From Podarcis erhardii (lineage: Eukaryota): a DNA stretch of 64,000 bases. The notes beneath the pieces were generated by a model. The model was not told the origin of the DNA. It saw only the letters and a list, made by a program, of their open reading frames with translations, and did not search any database. The stretch is from assembly GCA_964252035.1 (NCBI GenBank), contig OZ176207.1. One strand, written 5' to 3'. The translations under genes were made by a program, and so were the position numbers. Shown in pieces: positions 63,181 through 64,000 of this stretch (the first letter of the stretch is position 1; every line of letters starts with the position of its first letter).

Positions 63181-64000
63181 TATATCCCACCCAAGAGTTT
63201 ACACTCATGTGATCCATTATTCTGGGATCAATTGTATGGTTATTTACTAAACCTGCAAAATGAGTGTCCTAGATTCCAAAATCATTTGGACTGGAATACC
63301 CTTGCTACAATGGCATGACTATTAATATCTCCCCCTCTGGGTGACACTATGCTTTTGTGTCTCTAAAATTTGACAGTTGTCACAGTTACTGACGTTTCTT
63401 GGCTAAGAGCACTTTGTAGGTTTATTATTCTTCAGTACCTGGTCAGTTTATCACCAATTACTGCTTTCTATTTGCTCCTGTCCTAATTCCTCTATTGATT
63501 TCCCATTGCTTCAATTTCTTGACCCAAAATTTCAAAGCTTTGCATGAATATAACAGCTTGTTTTAGAAAATTGTCATCTTCTTTTTATGTGAACCTTCTT
63601 GATAATTTTGTTGTGAGCTGGAAGGACAGGATGCAGATTCGAAAACAACCGGAGGTTTAGCTTTTTTGACGATAAGCACATTTTTGGATTTTTTATTTAT
63701 TTACTTGAACCAGGTTAACTAACCAAAACAGAGACAGTATCTTGAAGAGAAATGTTGAAAGGAGGCTTAACATTCTGTCTACTACAGCATTTGCATAATT
63801 TTGCTTACCTTGTTTGTGGACATCTTTTGTTGGCATTCATAGACTAGGATTATATTTATTTAACTCCACCGCAATCTTCTTGAGCCATTCAAGTGTAATG
63901 AATTATGATAGACACTTAATTGTGTTCTAGTTCCACAATACGGCTTTAGGCAAAGGCTTGCGCCTTGGTGGACTATAAAGCTTCGATATGCAGTCACTTC

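Overview
Vertebrate genomic DNA, most likely a lacertid lizard (inferred from the Sauria-type SINEs). It holds the 3' part of SALL3 (coding exon 2 at 6870-10366, last exon at 14139-14570; exon 1 lies upstream of the window). After a short assembly gap and ~21 kb of intergenic DNA come the CpG-island promoter and first five coding exons of the P4-ATPase gene ATP9B (35830-60222; the gene continues past the window). Both genes are on the + strand and all exon phases join in frame at GT-AG sites. The remainder is intronic/intergenic sequence with many small non-autonomous DNA transposons (Tigger-, Tc2-, hAT- and Harbinger-like), SINEs, L2/CR1 fossils, a piggyBac transposase fossil and microsatellites. 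I found no clearly new biological system. The best leads are: (1) an in-frame 216-nt exitron that removes exactly SALL3 zinc-finger cluster 3; (2) an ATP9B exon 1/2 junction that rebuilds its own 5' splice site before a symmetric, weakly defined exon; (3) a possible divergent spliced transcript from the ATP9B CpG island; (4) a CTCF-like site between the genes; (5) the piggyBac fossil; (6) a pseudoknot-ordered inverted-repeat element downstream of SALL3. All family and homology calls come from recognition by eye, not database searches.
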